Source: an archaeon (GTDB lineage Archaea > B1Sed10-29 > JAJRYS01). Taken from it: a stretch of DNA of 28,161 nt. Each line of letters opens with the position of its first letter. Within the stretch, counting starts at the first letter, position 1. The stretch spans positions 1 to 28,161 of the forward strand of contig JAJRYS010000028.1 of the NCBI GenBank assembly GCA_024275665.1, in the 5' to 3' direction. Position numbers and translations under genes: made by a program. The notes under the pieces are model-generated. The model had not been told where the DNA came from, ran no database searches, and saw nothing but the letters and a program-made list of their open reading frames with translations. This document shows, one piece after another, positions 1-9,900 of the stretch.

Positions 1-1
1 T

Positions 2-1051
2 TATTCTAAGAAGATTTTCATACCTCGTCGTTGGCATAAATTTTCAATTGATAATGCTGGTTTTCAGAACGCTCATGTCGCTGTTGGTTTTGGGTTGAGC
101 AATAATATCCATATTTTTTATGAGAGCAATGTTTCAGGAAGCTATTTTTTAAAACATGCTGCTGTAAGCATGGATAATGGGAAAAAAGTTTATCTTGCCA
201 ATGTTGTTGGGGATCCCTCTCACAAAGTAGTTGGTGAAATTTCAACAACCTTAACTCCTCCTTTTGAAATAAGTTATTACGATGGTGATGGGCAAGATTT
301 GAGATATGCTCGTACTTGGTGGGGTTCTTCAGGATGGCAAAGTACTAATGAACTTGTAGATAGTGCAGGGGATGTTGGAAGATATTCTGATATCTCTCTT
401 AACTCTTCAGCATTCCCTTGCATTAGTTATTATGATAATACTAATAAAAATTTGAAATATGCATGCCGGGATTCCAGTGGTAGTTGGTCGTCAGTTATTG
501 TTGATTCATCTGGAAATGTTGGGGAATATTCTAGTATTGACTTTGATTCTAATGATAATCCTTGGATTAGTTATTATGATGCTACTAATGGTGATCTAAA
601 AGTTGCTAAAGGCACTGGTTCTGGGAGTAGTTGGGCTATCTGGTCATTTAGTACTATTGGTAATGTTGGAAAGTGGACAAGCATTGTAGTTGATAATAAT
701 GATGCCTTACATATTAGTTATTCTGATGTTGATGATGATGAGTTAAAATACTTGTATAATGGGCCTGGAAGCGGTGTTTTAATTGATAGTGGTGTTAATG
801 GCAACTGGGCATGGAATAGTATTGCAGTAGATTATAACAATTATCCTCATATTGCATACGTACTTGGATCTCCTTATTATGATTTGAAACATGCTTACAA
901 AGATTCTAATGGGTGGCATTTTGAAGTATTAGATGGACAAGAAAATGATAATGTATTAGCATTTCCTTATATTGCAATCTATGGAGGGGATATTGCTATA
1001 GGGTATGTTGATCAGACTAATAACCAAGTAAAACTAATGGCTTACTTCTAA
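2..1051 (+). CDS. 5'-truncated repeat protein; six tandem ~48-aa repeats (consensus ...NVG.YSSI..DSNDNP.ISYYD.TN.DLKYA..DSSGSW...), likely beta-propeller/YD-like surface protein
   Basis: Frame 2 is open from window position 2 with no stop, so the listed M at 95 is not the true start. Self-similarity is visible by eye: PFEISYYDGDGQDLRYA / PCISYYDNTNKNLKYA / PWISYYDATNGDLKVA / LHISYSDVDDDELKYL / PHIAYVLGSPYYDLKHA. Ends at TAA 1049-1051. Confidence 0.55.
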   Translation, partial: YSKKIFIPRRWHKFSIDNAGFQNAHVAVGFGLSNNIHIFYESNVSGSYFLKHAAVSMDNGKKVYLANVVGDPSHKVVGEISTTLTPPFEISYYDGDGQDLRYARTWWGSSGWQSTNELVDSAGDVGRYSDISLNSSAFPCISYYDNTNKNLKYACRDSSGSWSSVIVDSSGNVGEYSSIDFDSNDNPWISYYDATNGDLKVAKGTGSGSSWAIWSFSTIGNVGKWTSIVVDNNDALHISYSDVDDDELKYLYNGPGSGVLIDSGVNGNWAWNSIAVDYNNYPHIAYVLGSPYYDLKHAYKDSNGWHFEVLDGQENDNVLAFPYIAIYGGDIAIGYVDQTNNQVKLMAYF

Positions 1052-1074
1052 AAATTATGGTTTGGAAAGAATTC

Positions 1075-2727
1075 TCACAGCAACTCGTCTATTCTTAATT
1101 CAAACACTGCTATTGGGTTTTCAAGTTCAAAATCAGTGATTATTTGAGGGTGGATTTCTCCGATTATTCCTATTACTTTTTTCCCGTGTTTTATCTCAGC
1201 ACTCCTACCAATTATGAACGTGTCGTAATTCTTGGCTTCGAATTCAGGCTTTACTCCAATGTTCCTGAGAATGCTTTCAGCGAATGATTTTGCTTGAGTA
1301 AAACCAGCATCTGCTGAGATTATTACTCCTGCTATTCTTTTCTCTGTCCTTGTTTTTTCCTCTCCTTTGTTAGTGAATACTACTACGTCTCCTGCTTCGA
1401 ATACTTTCTGCGGGAGTTCGTAATGCTTGTTTTTTGACAAGAACTCCAAGAGCTTTGGGATAAGAGTATTGCGTAGGCAGTCGTATTCCTCACTCATGGG
1501 GTTCTTCAGTTTTAGTATTTTTTCTCCTACTCTTACTTTTTCTTCAAAGCTCTTGCTGTTTGATAATATGAATGTGGCTATTTCCTGGAACCCCAAGCCT
1601 ATCATCAGTTCTCTTAGAACGTCTGTTGTTTTTTCTATCTTATGCTTTTCCCCTATCGTGAACACGTTCGGGAGTTTTGGCTTCATGCTGTTCAAACCAT
1701 AAGCGCATGCTACTTCTTCTACTAAGTCTGCTTCATGCAGTATGTCAAACCTGTAGCAAGGAATGGTTACTTTCACTTGTTTCCCTTTCTTCTTAGCGTC
1801 AAAGCCTTGTTTTTCAAACAGTTTAACAACTTCTTCTTGGGATAATTCAAGTCCAAGCATCTTGTTAACAAGTTCAACGCTTATTGTTTTTTCTTCGTAT
1901 TCGGTGATTGGTGTCTCGAATTTCTTGCTTCCTTCTTCTACTATTACTTTTTCAATGCTCGCTCTTCTCTCAGCAAGCATCGTGGCTAGTATTACTGTTA
2001 TCATTCTCACTGTTTTCTCATCAGTGCCTGTAACGTCTACGAACAAGTTATGAGTGTTTTCATCTACTTTAGTGTCTTCACTGTTAAGTATTGGAGGCAT
2101 TGATAACACTCTTCCAGTAGAATCAACAAGCAAAGGGTATTTGTCTTTTCCTTCAAGCAGCCAAGCAAATTCTCTTCCTTTTTCTGTTTTTTCAAGCACT
2201 TCTATTCCATTCATCTCTGTTGTTTCTCCAAGAGGAGTGAATTTTATTTCTTTTGGCTTGACTGGTTTGTACTCGTAATCAGGTTTTGTCTTGTCAAAGT
2301 CATACACTCCTATTGAGGCTAGTTTTCTGTTCCCAGCATAGACTTCGTGCAGTTTTTCCTGTATTTGCATTAACTGCTTTACGAGTTCTTCGGTCATCCT
2401 AACGTTTTTTGCTATGAAGTAATGAGCATAAGGCCTGTACTTTTTCATTTCCTTACTTACTCTTACTCTTGCTTTTGCTGGTTTGAAATCATACTTGATT
2501 AATCCTTTTTGCTTTCCATAATAGAGCCTGAGTTGCCTTGCTATTCCTTCTGCTGATAACAAGTCGGGCCTGTCATACTCTGTTTCAATTACCAGTGTTT
2601 CTGTTTTGTCATCATAGTGGTCTAATTCCATTTTCTCATCAAACAAGTCTTCTTCTAACTTCGGGATTACTATCTCCATTCCCATTAGTTTTTCCAAGTC
2701 TTTCTTGCTTACTTCTACTGATGCCAT
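1075..2727 (-). CDS. pheT: phenylalanine--tRNA ligase beta subunit (archaeal type)
   Basis: 550 aa, a length typical of archaeal PheT. It lies immediately downstream of pheS (stop 2732, start 2727; 4-nt spacer), the typical archaeal pheS-pheT arrangement. ATG start, TGA stop. Confidence 0.85.
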   Translation of the reverse strand: MASVEVSKKDLEKLMGMEIVIPKLEEDLFDEKMELDHYDDKTETLVIETEYDRPDLLSAEGIARQLRLYYGKQKGLIKYDFKPAKARVRVSKEMKKYRPYAHYFIAKNVRMTEELVKQLMQIQEKLHEVYAGNRKLASIGVYDFDKTKPDYEYKPVKPKEIKFTPLGETTEMNGIEVLEKTEKGREFAWLLEGKDKYPLLVDSTGRVLSMPPILNSEDTKVDENTHNLFVDVTGTDEKTVRMITVILATMLAERRASIEKVIVEEGSKKFETPITEYEEKTISVELVNKMLGLELSQEEVVKLFEKQGFDAKKKGKQVKVTIPCYRFDILHEADLVEEVACAYGLNSMKPKLPNVFTIGEKHKIEKTTDVLRELMIGLGFQEIATFILSNSKSFEEKVRVGEKILKLKNPMSEEYDCLRNTLIPKLLEFLSKNKHYELPQKVFEAGDVVVFTNKGEEKTRTEKRIAGVIISADAGFTQAKSFAESILRNIGVKPEFEAKNYDTFIIGRSAEIKHGKKVIGIIGEIHPQIITDFELENPIAVFELRIDELL

Positions 2728-2731
2728 TCTT

Positions 2732-4213
2732 TCACCATCTTATTACTGTTTCCCTTAGTGTTTTCAAGTCCTGAGCGAATAAGTCTTTAATGTGTTTTAA
2801 TCCTAGTTTGAACATTGCAAGCCTGTCAACTCCAAGGCCCCATGCTATTACAGGTACTTTCACTCCTAGTGGTTCAAGCATTTCAGGCCTGAACAAGCCT
2901 GCTCCTCCTAGTTCTACCCATCCTAATTGTGGGTGTTTTGCAAAGGCTTCTACTGATGGTTCTGTGTAAGGAAAGTAACCTGTTTTGAATCTTACTTTTT
3001 CAGCTCCTGCTATTTCCTCTGCAAATGTTTTCAACAATCCCAGCAAGTCTCTCAGGTTTAGGCTTTAATCTGCGACTATTCCTTCAAGTTGGTTGAACTC
3101 TGGCAAGTGAGACGCGTCTATCACGTCTCTTCTAAAGTTCCTGCCAATGCTGAAATAACGCAGGGGGTATTGTTTTTCTCTGAACAGAGCCTTTGCTGAC
3201 AAGCAAGTAGTATGAGATCTTAGTATAAGGTTCTTAGCTTTTTCTTCACTCCATTCATAATCCCATCCTTTGCTTCCAGCTATTCCTTTTTCATGAGCTT
3301 TTTTTACTTTCTCAACTAACTCTTTTTCGAACAATTCTCCTTTGCTTGGTTTTTCCAAGTAATAAGTATCCCTCTCACTCCTGGCAGGGTGTGTTTGCGG
3401 CTGGAAGAGGACGTCGAAGTTCCAGAACTCTGTCTGCACTATGTTTCCTCTCATTTCCTTAAATCCCAGTGCTATCATTTTTTCTCTCAAGTCATCTATG
3501 AACGCGTAGTAAGCTTGTTTCTTCCCAGGATTCACTACGGGTACCGGTGCTTTCACGTCATATTCTCTTATCTTTTTCTTCTCCCATTCCCTTGTTTTTA
3601 TGATTTCAGGAGTGATTGTTGTTATTTCTTCAACTATTTTAACTCCTGTTGATTTTTTCAATCCTTCTTCTGTTATTGTTATTATTCTTTCTTTTTCTTC
3701 TTCTATTAACAGTATTTTTCCTCTTTTCTTCAACTCTCCCAGAATTGGTTTTAGCTTTTCAGGGATTAACTTTCCTTCTTTTATGAGTTTTAACAATTCC
3801 TCGTGTGGTGTTGGTTTTTCAAGTAATTTTTTTCCTTCTTCTGTTAGTATAAGTATTCCTTTTTCTATTCTTACAGCGTTCAGTTTCCTCAGCCATACTG
3901 TTCCTATTTTTACTGTTTCTTCTCCAAGCTCTTTTGCCAGTTCTTTAATGCTTTTTTCTTTCTCTTTAACTGCTTCAAGAATTCTTCTCTCAGGCAGTCC
4001 GTTGTTGTAGTATTTGAGTCCTTCGCTTCCAAGAGTTATTTTTTCTTTCTTTTTGACATCTATTCTAACAAGTCCTTTTTCCTCAAGCCAAGCAGCTGCC
4101 CTGCTCACGCTTGCCAAAGGCATTCTAGTTTTTTTCACTAGTTCTTCTTCTCTTGCTTTTTTCAACTCTGCAAGCGCTATTAGGAGTTTTTTCTCGTAAT
4201 TAGTCAGGTTCAT
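2732..4213 (-). CDS. pheS: phenylalanine--tRNA ligase alpha subunit, interrupted by a single in-frame TAA (3065-3067); the two ORFs (3065..4213 and 2732..3046) are in the same frame
   Basis: The upstream ORF ends ...[14 protein letters not shown] (class II aaRS motif 2 region). The in-frame continuation reads [20 protein letters not shown]...[10 protein letters not shown] (motif 3). 4213-3046=1167 is divisible by 3. The stop falls where archaeal PheS (e.g. M. jannaschii ...EGIVMDEDVSFRNLLGVLEEF) carries a Glu. Confidence 0.8.
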
Positions 4214-4239
4214 AAGGAGATCGTTTTAAATTTAAACGA

Positions 4240-4620
4240 GTGCATATTAAAAACATTGTGGGGAAAAAGTTCGTGTTAGACTCTTCAGCTTTCATTAATG
4301 CTTTTTCAGTTGATTTTGAGAATGCTTTAACTACTCCAGGAGTTGTTGAAGAAGTCAAGGACTTGGCTTCAAAAGGATTGTTTGAAGTTGCCAGAGAGAA
4401 AGGACTTAGAATTACTAGCCCTTCACATGATTTTATTGAAAAAGTTAAGAAGGTTGCTTCTTCTCGCTTAAGCAGGGTTGACTTGGAGGTATTAGCATTG
4501 GCTCTTGAAGAAAAAGCAGTGGTGGTGACTGATGATTACAGGATGCAGAACACTGCTAAAAAGTTGGGTTTAAAGTTTGTCAGCATAGTGAGGGGGGATA
4601 TGAAGAAAAAGCGTTTATAA
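4240..4620 (+). CDS. PIN-domain protein (VapC/Nob1-like nuclease fold), standalone
   Basis: An N-terminal FVLDSSAFI segment (conserved Asp) and a C-terminal VVVTDDYRMQNTAKKLGL segment are typical of PIN domains. The listed start is GTG at 4240. A TATA-like TTTAAATTTAAA at 4226-4237 suggests the true (leaderless) start may be the in-frame GTG at 4258 or 4273. Confidence 0.6.
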   Translation: MHIKNIVGKKFVLDSSAFINAFSVDFENALTTPGVVEEVKDLASKGLFEVAREKGLRITSPSHDFIEKVKKVASSRLSRVDLEVLALALEEKAVVVTDDYRMQNTAKKLGLKFVSIVRGDMKKKRL

Positions 4621-5379
4621 CTCTTTTTTAGGCAGTTCTATTTCTTCTTCTGTGAAACTTTCTACTATTATTTTTACTAATTGCTTTCTGTAAATCATTG
4701 CCAGTACGAGGATTATTATAATAATGCCAGCGTATATGGGGTCTGTTATTATTTGTTTTATTGTTTGTTCCAGGCCAAAACTCTCGCTTACTGCTTTTTC
4801 TGTTTTGTATATTATTTCGAAGTCGCTTGTATACGTGCCTCCTATCCATTTGAAGCTCGTACCATCGCTTATCCATGGAGTTGGGCTTAATTTCACAATG
4901 TTTTCAGGAGTAGTATCAAGCAGTTTTATGTTAAGATATGTTTCAACAGGAATTACTAGAATTCCTGTGTCATTGTCATAGAAAACAAATTCTTTTCCAA
5001 TTATTTTTCTTGTCTCATACCTGCCTTGTTCTTCTATTATTGGTGAAAAGTTTTCCACTAAGTATTCCAGTTTTACTTCATACCCAAACTGCCCTCCTCC
5101 TATCTTGGTAGAACTAATCATCAAATTGTCATAGCTTTTCAGAGAAACTTTTATTTTGTCATAAAACTCTTGCCATGCTTTTAATTCTGAAGCGCTTGTT
5201 TTCGAAATGTTATCAAATTCGTTTGCTTCTGTAACGTTCAAACCCAGTAAATACCTCTCAGTTACAGCTGCGTTTGATTCTTTTACCTCTATGCTTATGT
5301 CGTGTGAGATTAGTTTCTTTGCACTTCCTAACTGAGCGAAGATTAGAAGGATTATAGCTAATGCAAAGATTTTCTTCAT
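4615..5379 (-). CDS. hypothetical exported protein with N-terminal signal peptide and C-terminal transmembrane anchor
   Basis: The N-terminus MKKIFALAIILLIFAQLGSA is a Sec-type signal peptide. The C-terminus IYAGIIIIILVLAMIYRKQLV is a hydrophobic anchor followed by basic residues. ATG start, TAA stop. Confidence 0.55.
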   Translation of the reverse strand: MKKIFALAIILLIFAQLGSAKKLISHDISIEVKESNAAVTERYLLGLNVTEANEFDNISKTSASELKAWQEFYDKIKVSLKSYDNLMISSTKIGGGQFGYEVKLEYLVENFSPIIEEQGRYETRKIIGKEFVFYDNDTGILVIPVETYLNIKLLDTTPENIVKLSPTPWISDGTSFKWIGGTYTSDFEIIYKTEKAVSESFGLEQTIKQIITDPIYAGIIIIILVLAMIYRKQLVKIIVESFTEEEIELPKKEL

Positions 5380-5478
5380 GTTTGTTTTTTAAGCATTTTT
5401 TTAGTTTTAAGCCTTTTCCTTGCCTTGTCAAAGTATTAAATAATAGTTAAGTTATTCATGGAGTAGGAGGCGTTGATA

Positions 5479-5727
5479 ATGAAGGAGAAAATTGGAAAAA
5501 TAACTCATTACTTTTCTAACATAGGCGTTGCTGTCGTTGAGTTAGACAAACCTTTGAGAGTGGGTGACACTATTTCAATAGAAGGAAACACTACCAATTT
5601 TCAACAAGTAGTTGAATCGATGCAAGTAGAACACAATCAAATTCAAGAAGCTCAAGCAGGGCAGGCCATTGGGTTGAAAGTGAATAATAAAGTAAGAGAA
5701 GGGGATTTGGTTTTCAAAGTTGATTAA
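5479..5727 (+). CDS. small beta-barrel protein resembling EF-Tu/IF2 domain 2 (translation-protein beta-barrel)
   Basis: The 82-aa sequence ...VGDTISIEG...AQAGQAIGLKV...VREGDLVFKV resembles EF-Tu domain II. The listed TTG start at 5473 is probably wrong: ATG at 5479 is preceded by GGAGG (5466-5470) at SD-like spacing. Its stop shares the TTAA tetranucleotide with the convergent rnz stop. Confidence 0.5.
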   Translation: MKEKIGKITHYFSNIGVAVVELDKPLRVGDTISIEGNTTNFQQVVESMQVEHNQIQEAQAGQAIGLKVNNKVREGDLVFKVD

Positions 5728-6620
5728 ACCTGTACAACTGTGAAATCTTTTGCAGCAATAGTGTCTTTGAAAACCTTTTTTGCTTCTTTTTCCAATACTT
5801 TTTCATCATCATATCTAGCGCTGAAATGAGTGATTACTAATTTTTTCGCGTTTGCTTTTTTCGCTATCATTGCAGCGTCTTTCGCAGTCATGTGGAAGTA
5901 TTCGTGGCTACGTTCTTTCAATTCATGCGAATGAGTTGCTTCACTAATCAGTAAGTCTGAGTCTCTCACTTTTTCCACTATTTTTTCTATTGGAAGAGTG
6001 TCAACAACAATACTTATTTTTGTTGGTTTTCTTGAAGGAGCTAAGACATCTTCGAGTTTAACTATTCCTTTTTCCATTCTTATCCTCCCTTTTTCCTTTA
6101 GTTCACGCAGTTCTGGTCCTTCTTTCAAACCGTGTTTCTTGAACTTTTTTTTGTCGAGTTTTGGTTCTATTTTTTCTTCGAACACGTAAGAGTAACAAGG
6201 ACATGAGTGTTTTACTTCAAAAGCGTTTATTTTATAATCTTCTTCGTTTACTATAACTCCTTCTTTCACTTTTTTCGCTTTGATATCATACCCCATTTCC
6301 AAGTAATCCCATTCTTTGAAGAATCTTACGTATTTTTTTATCTTGTCAGGCCCGTATACTTCTAATGGTTTTTCTCTTCCAAGGAAGTTCATTGTTTGTA
6401 TCAGTCCTGCTAATCCCAAGACGTGGTCTGCGTGTAAATGGGTTATGAATATTTTTTCTACTTTGAAAGGAGAGATCCCAGCAAGCACCATTTGCCTTTG
6501 CGTTCCTTCTCCGCAGTCAAATAGTAGGCTGTGGTTCAAATGTTTTAAGTGAATTGAGAACATGCCTCTTTTTTTTGTGGGAATGCTTGCTCCTGTTCCC
6601 AGAAAAGTTATTTCTATCAT
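5724..6620 (-). CDS. rnz: ribonuclease Z (tRNA 3' endonuclease), metallo-beta-lactamase fold
   Basis: 298 aa. N-terminal IEITFLGTGASIP and an HLHADH (HxHxDH) zinc motif are present. Size and motif order match archaeal RNase Z. Confidence 0.85.
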   Translation of the reverse strand: MIEITFLGTGASIPTKKRGMFSIHLKHLNHSLLFDCGEGTQRQMVLAGISPFKVEKIFITHLHADHVLGLAGLIQTMNFLGREKPLEVYGPDKIKKYVRFFKEWDYLEMGYDIKAKKVKEGVIVNEEDYKINAFEVKHSCPCYSYVFEEKIEPKLDKKKFKKHGLKEGPELRELKEKGRIRMEKGIVKLEDVLAPSRKPTKISIVVDTLPIEKIVEKVRDSDLLISEATHSHELKERSHEYFHMTAKDAAMIAKKANAKKLVITHFSARYDDEKVLEKEAKKVFKDTIAAKDFTVVQV

Positions 6621-6678
6621 GATTATTGTTTTACTCTTCTTTTTCTTTTAAGGATTTGTACTGCTTCTTCAGCAACAT

Positions 6679-6752
6679 TTAAATACTGTATACGAGTGTA
6701 TACAATAGTGTTAGGTGATATAAATATGGTATACGATGATAACACAATAGTG
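6679..6752 (+). promoter_or_regulatory. TATA-box-like element plus clustered GTATAC palindromes and direct repeats (candidate operator for the RHH gene)
   Basis: TTTAAATA lies at 6679-6686. The palindromic GTATAC occurs at 6688, 6698 and 6729. ACAATAGTG is repeated at 6702-6710 and 6744-6752, overlapping the RHH start. Confidence 0.4.
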
Positions 6753-6932
6753 ATACACACCCGTGTTCCAAGACATTTAGCAGAAGAATTAAAAGTATTA
6801 GTAAGTCAGGGATATTACTCAAACATATCAGACGCTCTCAGACATGCTTTAAGAAAATTAATAGACGAGCATTCAGCACCGAAAACAAGAGTAGAAAAGC
6901 CTAAGCTTGAGTTGAAATTTCACGAGCTTTAA
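6726..6932 (+). CDS. ribbon-helix-helix (CopG/Arc/MetJ-type) DNA-binding protein
   Basis: VIHTRVPRHLAEELKVLVSQGYYSNISDALRHALRKLI shows the beta-strand then two-helix RHH pattern. The listed start is 6696. ATG at 6726 is more likely given a TATA-like TTTAAATA at 6679-6686. The 3' end overlaps the 3' end of the convergent surface-protein gene. Confidence 0.6.
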   Translation: MVYDDNTIVIHTRVPRHLAEELKVLVSQGYYSNISDALRHALRKLIDEHSAPKTRVEKPKLELKFHEL

Positions 6933-9900
6933 AATGCTTTCTTAGCACAAAACATACTAATAAAGCAATAGTAAGAATTACAGAGAATAAAACAGGTTTT
7001 AAGGCGCTTGAAGCATTCCCAGTTACAACAAATCCTTTACTGCTTGTATTTTTCTCCAATAATTTTTCTCCATTATTTTCAGCCCTATTGCTGGTGTTAG
7101 TTTTTAAATCTTCTGAATTTGTTATATTTTCCTTATCACCTGTTATGCTTGCTTTTTCAAAATTTTCATTATTCACCAGATTCATATCTTTTATTATAAC
7201 ATTTTCTTGTTCTTCTTCTGTTTCTTGTTCTGCTACTTCTTCTTTTTCCTGCCCAGATTCATAACTAATTATTAAAAGCACTGGCAAACTTGTTTTCACA
7301 AAGCCATCTTCGAGCTGTGCTCTACTCCAACTGTTTTTATCATAGCAATTGTTAAAACAAGTGAACACGCTTGCTTTCAAGTAATCCTTGTTAATATTAA
7401 TTCTTGCATTGTCAACTTTCTCATCGAGACTTATATTAATCATTTCATTGTTGTCGTAATCAAAAGAAAATAAAGCAGATTGTTTTTCATATTTTACTGG
7501 AATTTTTCTTTCAAAAAACACGGTATTGTTACCGTAAACTACTACAACTTTTGTCGTAGTATTTTTGAATTTAAGGGTTATTGGTATAGGGTATTCTGAC
7601 TTGCTTTCATAACCTACACTGCTTCTAATTTTTATTTCAGAACTGCTGCTTACCTCATCAAGAGCTTCTGTCATAGAATCCAGTTCTTTTATCCAATTTT
7701 CTTTAGTGCATACTGATATAACTTCTTTTCCCGGAATAGTGACAGTGGTTTTTTTCTGTGTGCAATTCCAACCTTCAATGCTTTGGTTAGTTATGCTTAA
7801 GTTTCCGGTAAAATTATACTCTCCAATGCTTGTTTTTATTGTCTTCTCAACAACTGCCATCGTTTTTGTGCTGTTGTTCAGTCCCAAAACTTCAAAAGAC
7901 TCATTCACTAAGTCAGCAGTGATGAAAGAGGTTGCATTGATTTTGTCTCTTGCTTCTATTGTAATATTAATTGTGTTGTTTTCAAACATGATCGAGGAAT
8001 AAGGGATAATATCATTATTAGTGATTTCTAATGTTGCTTTAAAGTTTTGGTTTTCAATGCTCCCTTCTAATAATTCGAGTTGAATTATTTTTCCCGTCAG
8101 TGCTTTGTTTTTCTCAATGCCGAAAACAGTAGCTTCTTTTTGGCTTGGGATTACAACACTCCCATTCATTTTTACTGGCTCAAAGCCATTATCAGTTGGA
8201 ATGCTCCATGTAATGTTCAAGCTTATCAAATCCTCATTTTTTATCAGCAAAGGAATTTGGGAATAAGAGTATCCATTGACTTCTGAAGAATAATTAGCGG
8301 CTTGTTGTCTTCCAAGTATTTTGAAAGCGATGACAGCATCGCTTGTTAAGTAAACGTATTGAGTACTATTATTTTCTTCAAGCAGAAAGCTCCCTTGTAT
8401 GTTATTAATAATGTAAGTCGGGGGAGCTTGTTTTTCATAAGCCCAGTTTACTTCAACAGGGTGATCATAAGGGTTTTTGAAAATTAGAGGGATTCTTGTA
8501 ACTGCTTTTTCAAGACTTACGTTATATGATCCTCTTTCTTTTTCCTCGACCTTCCCAGCATTTGCTTTGAATTCACATTGAATACCGAAAGACCCGCTGC
8601 TTTTTGTTTTTATGAATGTTGAGTCATTGCTGATTGCTGTTTCTATCTGCTCTGTTCCTTTGAAGCAACGTGCTTCTGTCAAGTTGTTAACGCTGTGCGT
8701 GAAGATAATTTCTCTGCTGGTGTTGAATTTGAACTTCTTGTTGATTACTGCCGTACAGTTGTTAGAATAATCTGTTATGCGGCAGTTCTCGATAGCAGAG
8801 AGCAATTCTTCCTTGTAGAGTATGATATCTTCTTCTGCGCTTTCGCTCCCTTGGTCATAATTAATGCTTATTATAACCTTCTTCTCTGCGGGCTCTTTGT
8901 CATCTAATGAAAGAAAGACTTCTTTTTCTTCGCCTGGTTTTATTGATAAAATGAAGTAAGGTTCGATCCTGCCCTCATTTGGTTTTAACTCTATGTTTGT
9001 AATTTCTTGCAGTTTGTTGTTTTTCAAAACAAGTTTTACCCTTTCCCCTACTTTAGAATAAAAAGTATTGTTAGTCAGTAATTCCTGTCTCACAAGTTTC
9101 TCCTCACCTATTGAATAGCTTGGATTGTTTTCAGTGTATTTTCTTACGCTCACGTAGTCAACGTCACAGTATTCAGTATATGTTCCTGTCGCCCCTCCTC
9201 TTCCTTGTGAAAACCAGATGAACTTGTCATAATTATTAATGTTTATTCCTACGTCAGTCCAGTCAATCACAGTGCTCCCGTCTTCGTTTATTATCCTAAC
9301 GAGAGTGTTGCTTGCCTTGCTTACTTTGTATTCTATTGTAAGCCATTTGTTTCTTACTATGCTTGTTTTTGCAAGCGAACTGGTGCTTGAATCCTTTATT
9401 ACTGCTATGCTTAAAAGGTCAAAGTATTCATTAAATAATATTCTAATATAATTGTCTTTTTCTCCTAATTCTGTCGCTAAAGACCAGTCATAACCGTTTC
9501 CAGGGTATTTTACTTTTTCTTACAGAATGAAGTTTTCTAGATCTATGCTCTTTAATGATTTAAAATCAGCTAGGCTATTTGTTGATGATATTGTTTTTCT
9601 CAGTTTTAATATTCCTTCCTCAGTATAAGCATCTGAGTCGAATGAGTAATCCAAATCTCTTGTATCATGCCTTATCACTCCATTACTCCATTTGTTATTA
9701 TCAATTTTTTCTCCTGTGAAATCATCAAAGAAATAAAATACTTCACTGGCATTACTCTTGTTCTCCGAGTTGTTGTCAGCGTAGAGCATTCTTATTTCTT
9801 TTTCCTGCTCAGCACTGATGTTTATCTTCACCCATGCTGTGGTGTTAGTCGTATTGCAGCCTTTCTCAATCCAGTAAGGTAGTTCTTTTTCTTTATCATA

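Noticed and set aside
1427-2774. Several 70-96-aa + strand ORFs (1427..1702, 1763..2053, 2054..2278, 2538..2774) and similar antisense ORFs inside pheS, the surface-protein gene, lonB and others
   Set aside because: They lie antisense within confidently assigned long genes, have S/F/L-rich low-complexity translations typical of the reverse strand of K/E-rich genes, and lack independent start signals.
3047-3067. Programmed frameshift or intron as an explanation for the pheS split
   Set aside because: The two parts are in the same frame with only an 18-nt in-frame linker whose translation (SLNLRD) aligns with the expected PheS sequence. Neither a frameshift nor an intervening sequence is needed, only a single-codon difference.
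4240-6932. PIN (4240) plus RHH (6696) as a toxin-antitoxin pair
   Set aside because: The genes are 2 kb apart, separated by three unrelated genes, and on no common transcript. Each appears standalone.
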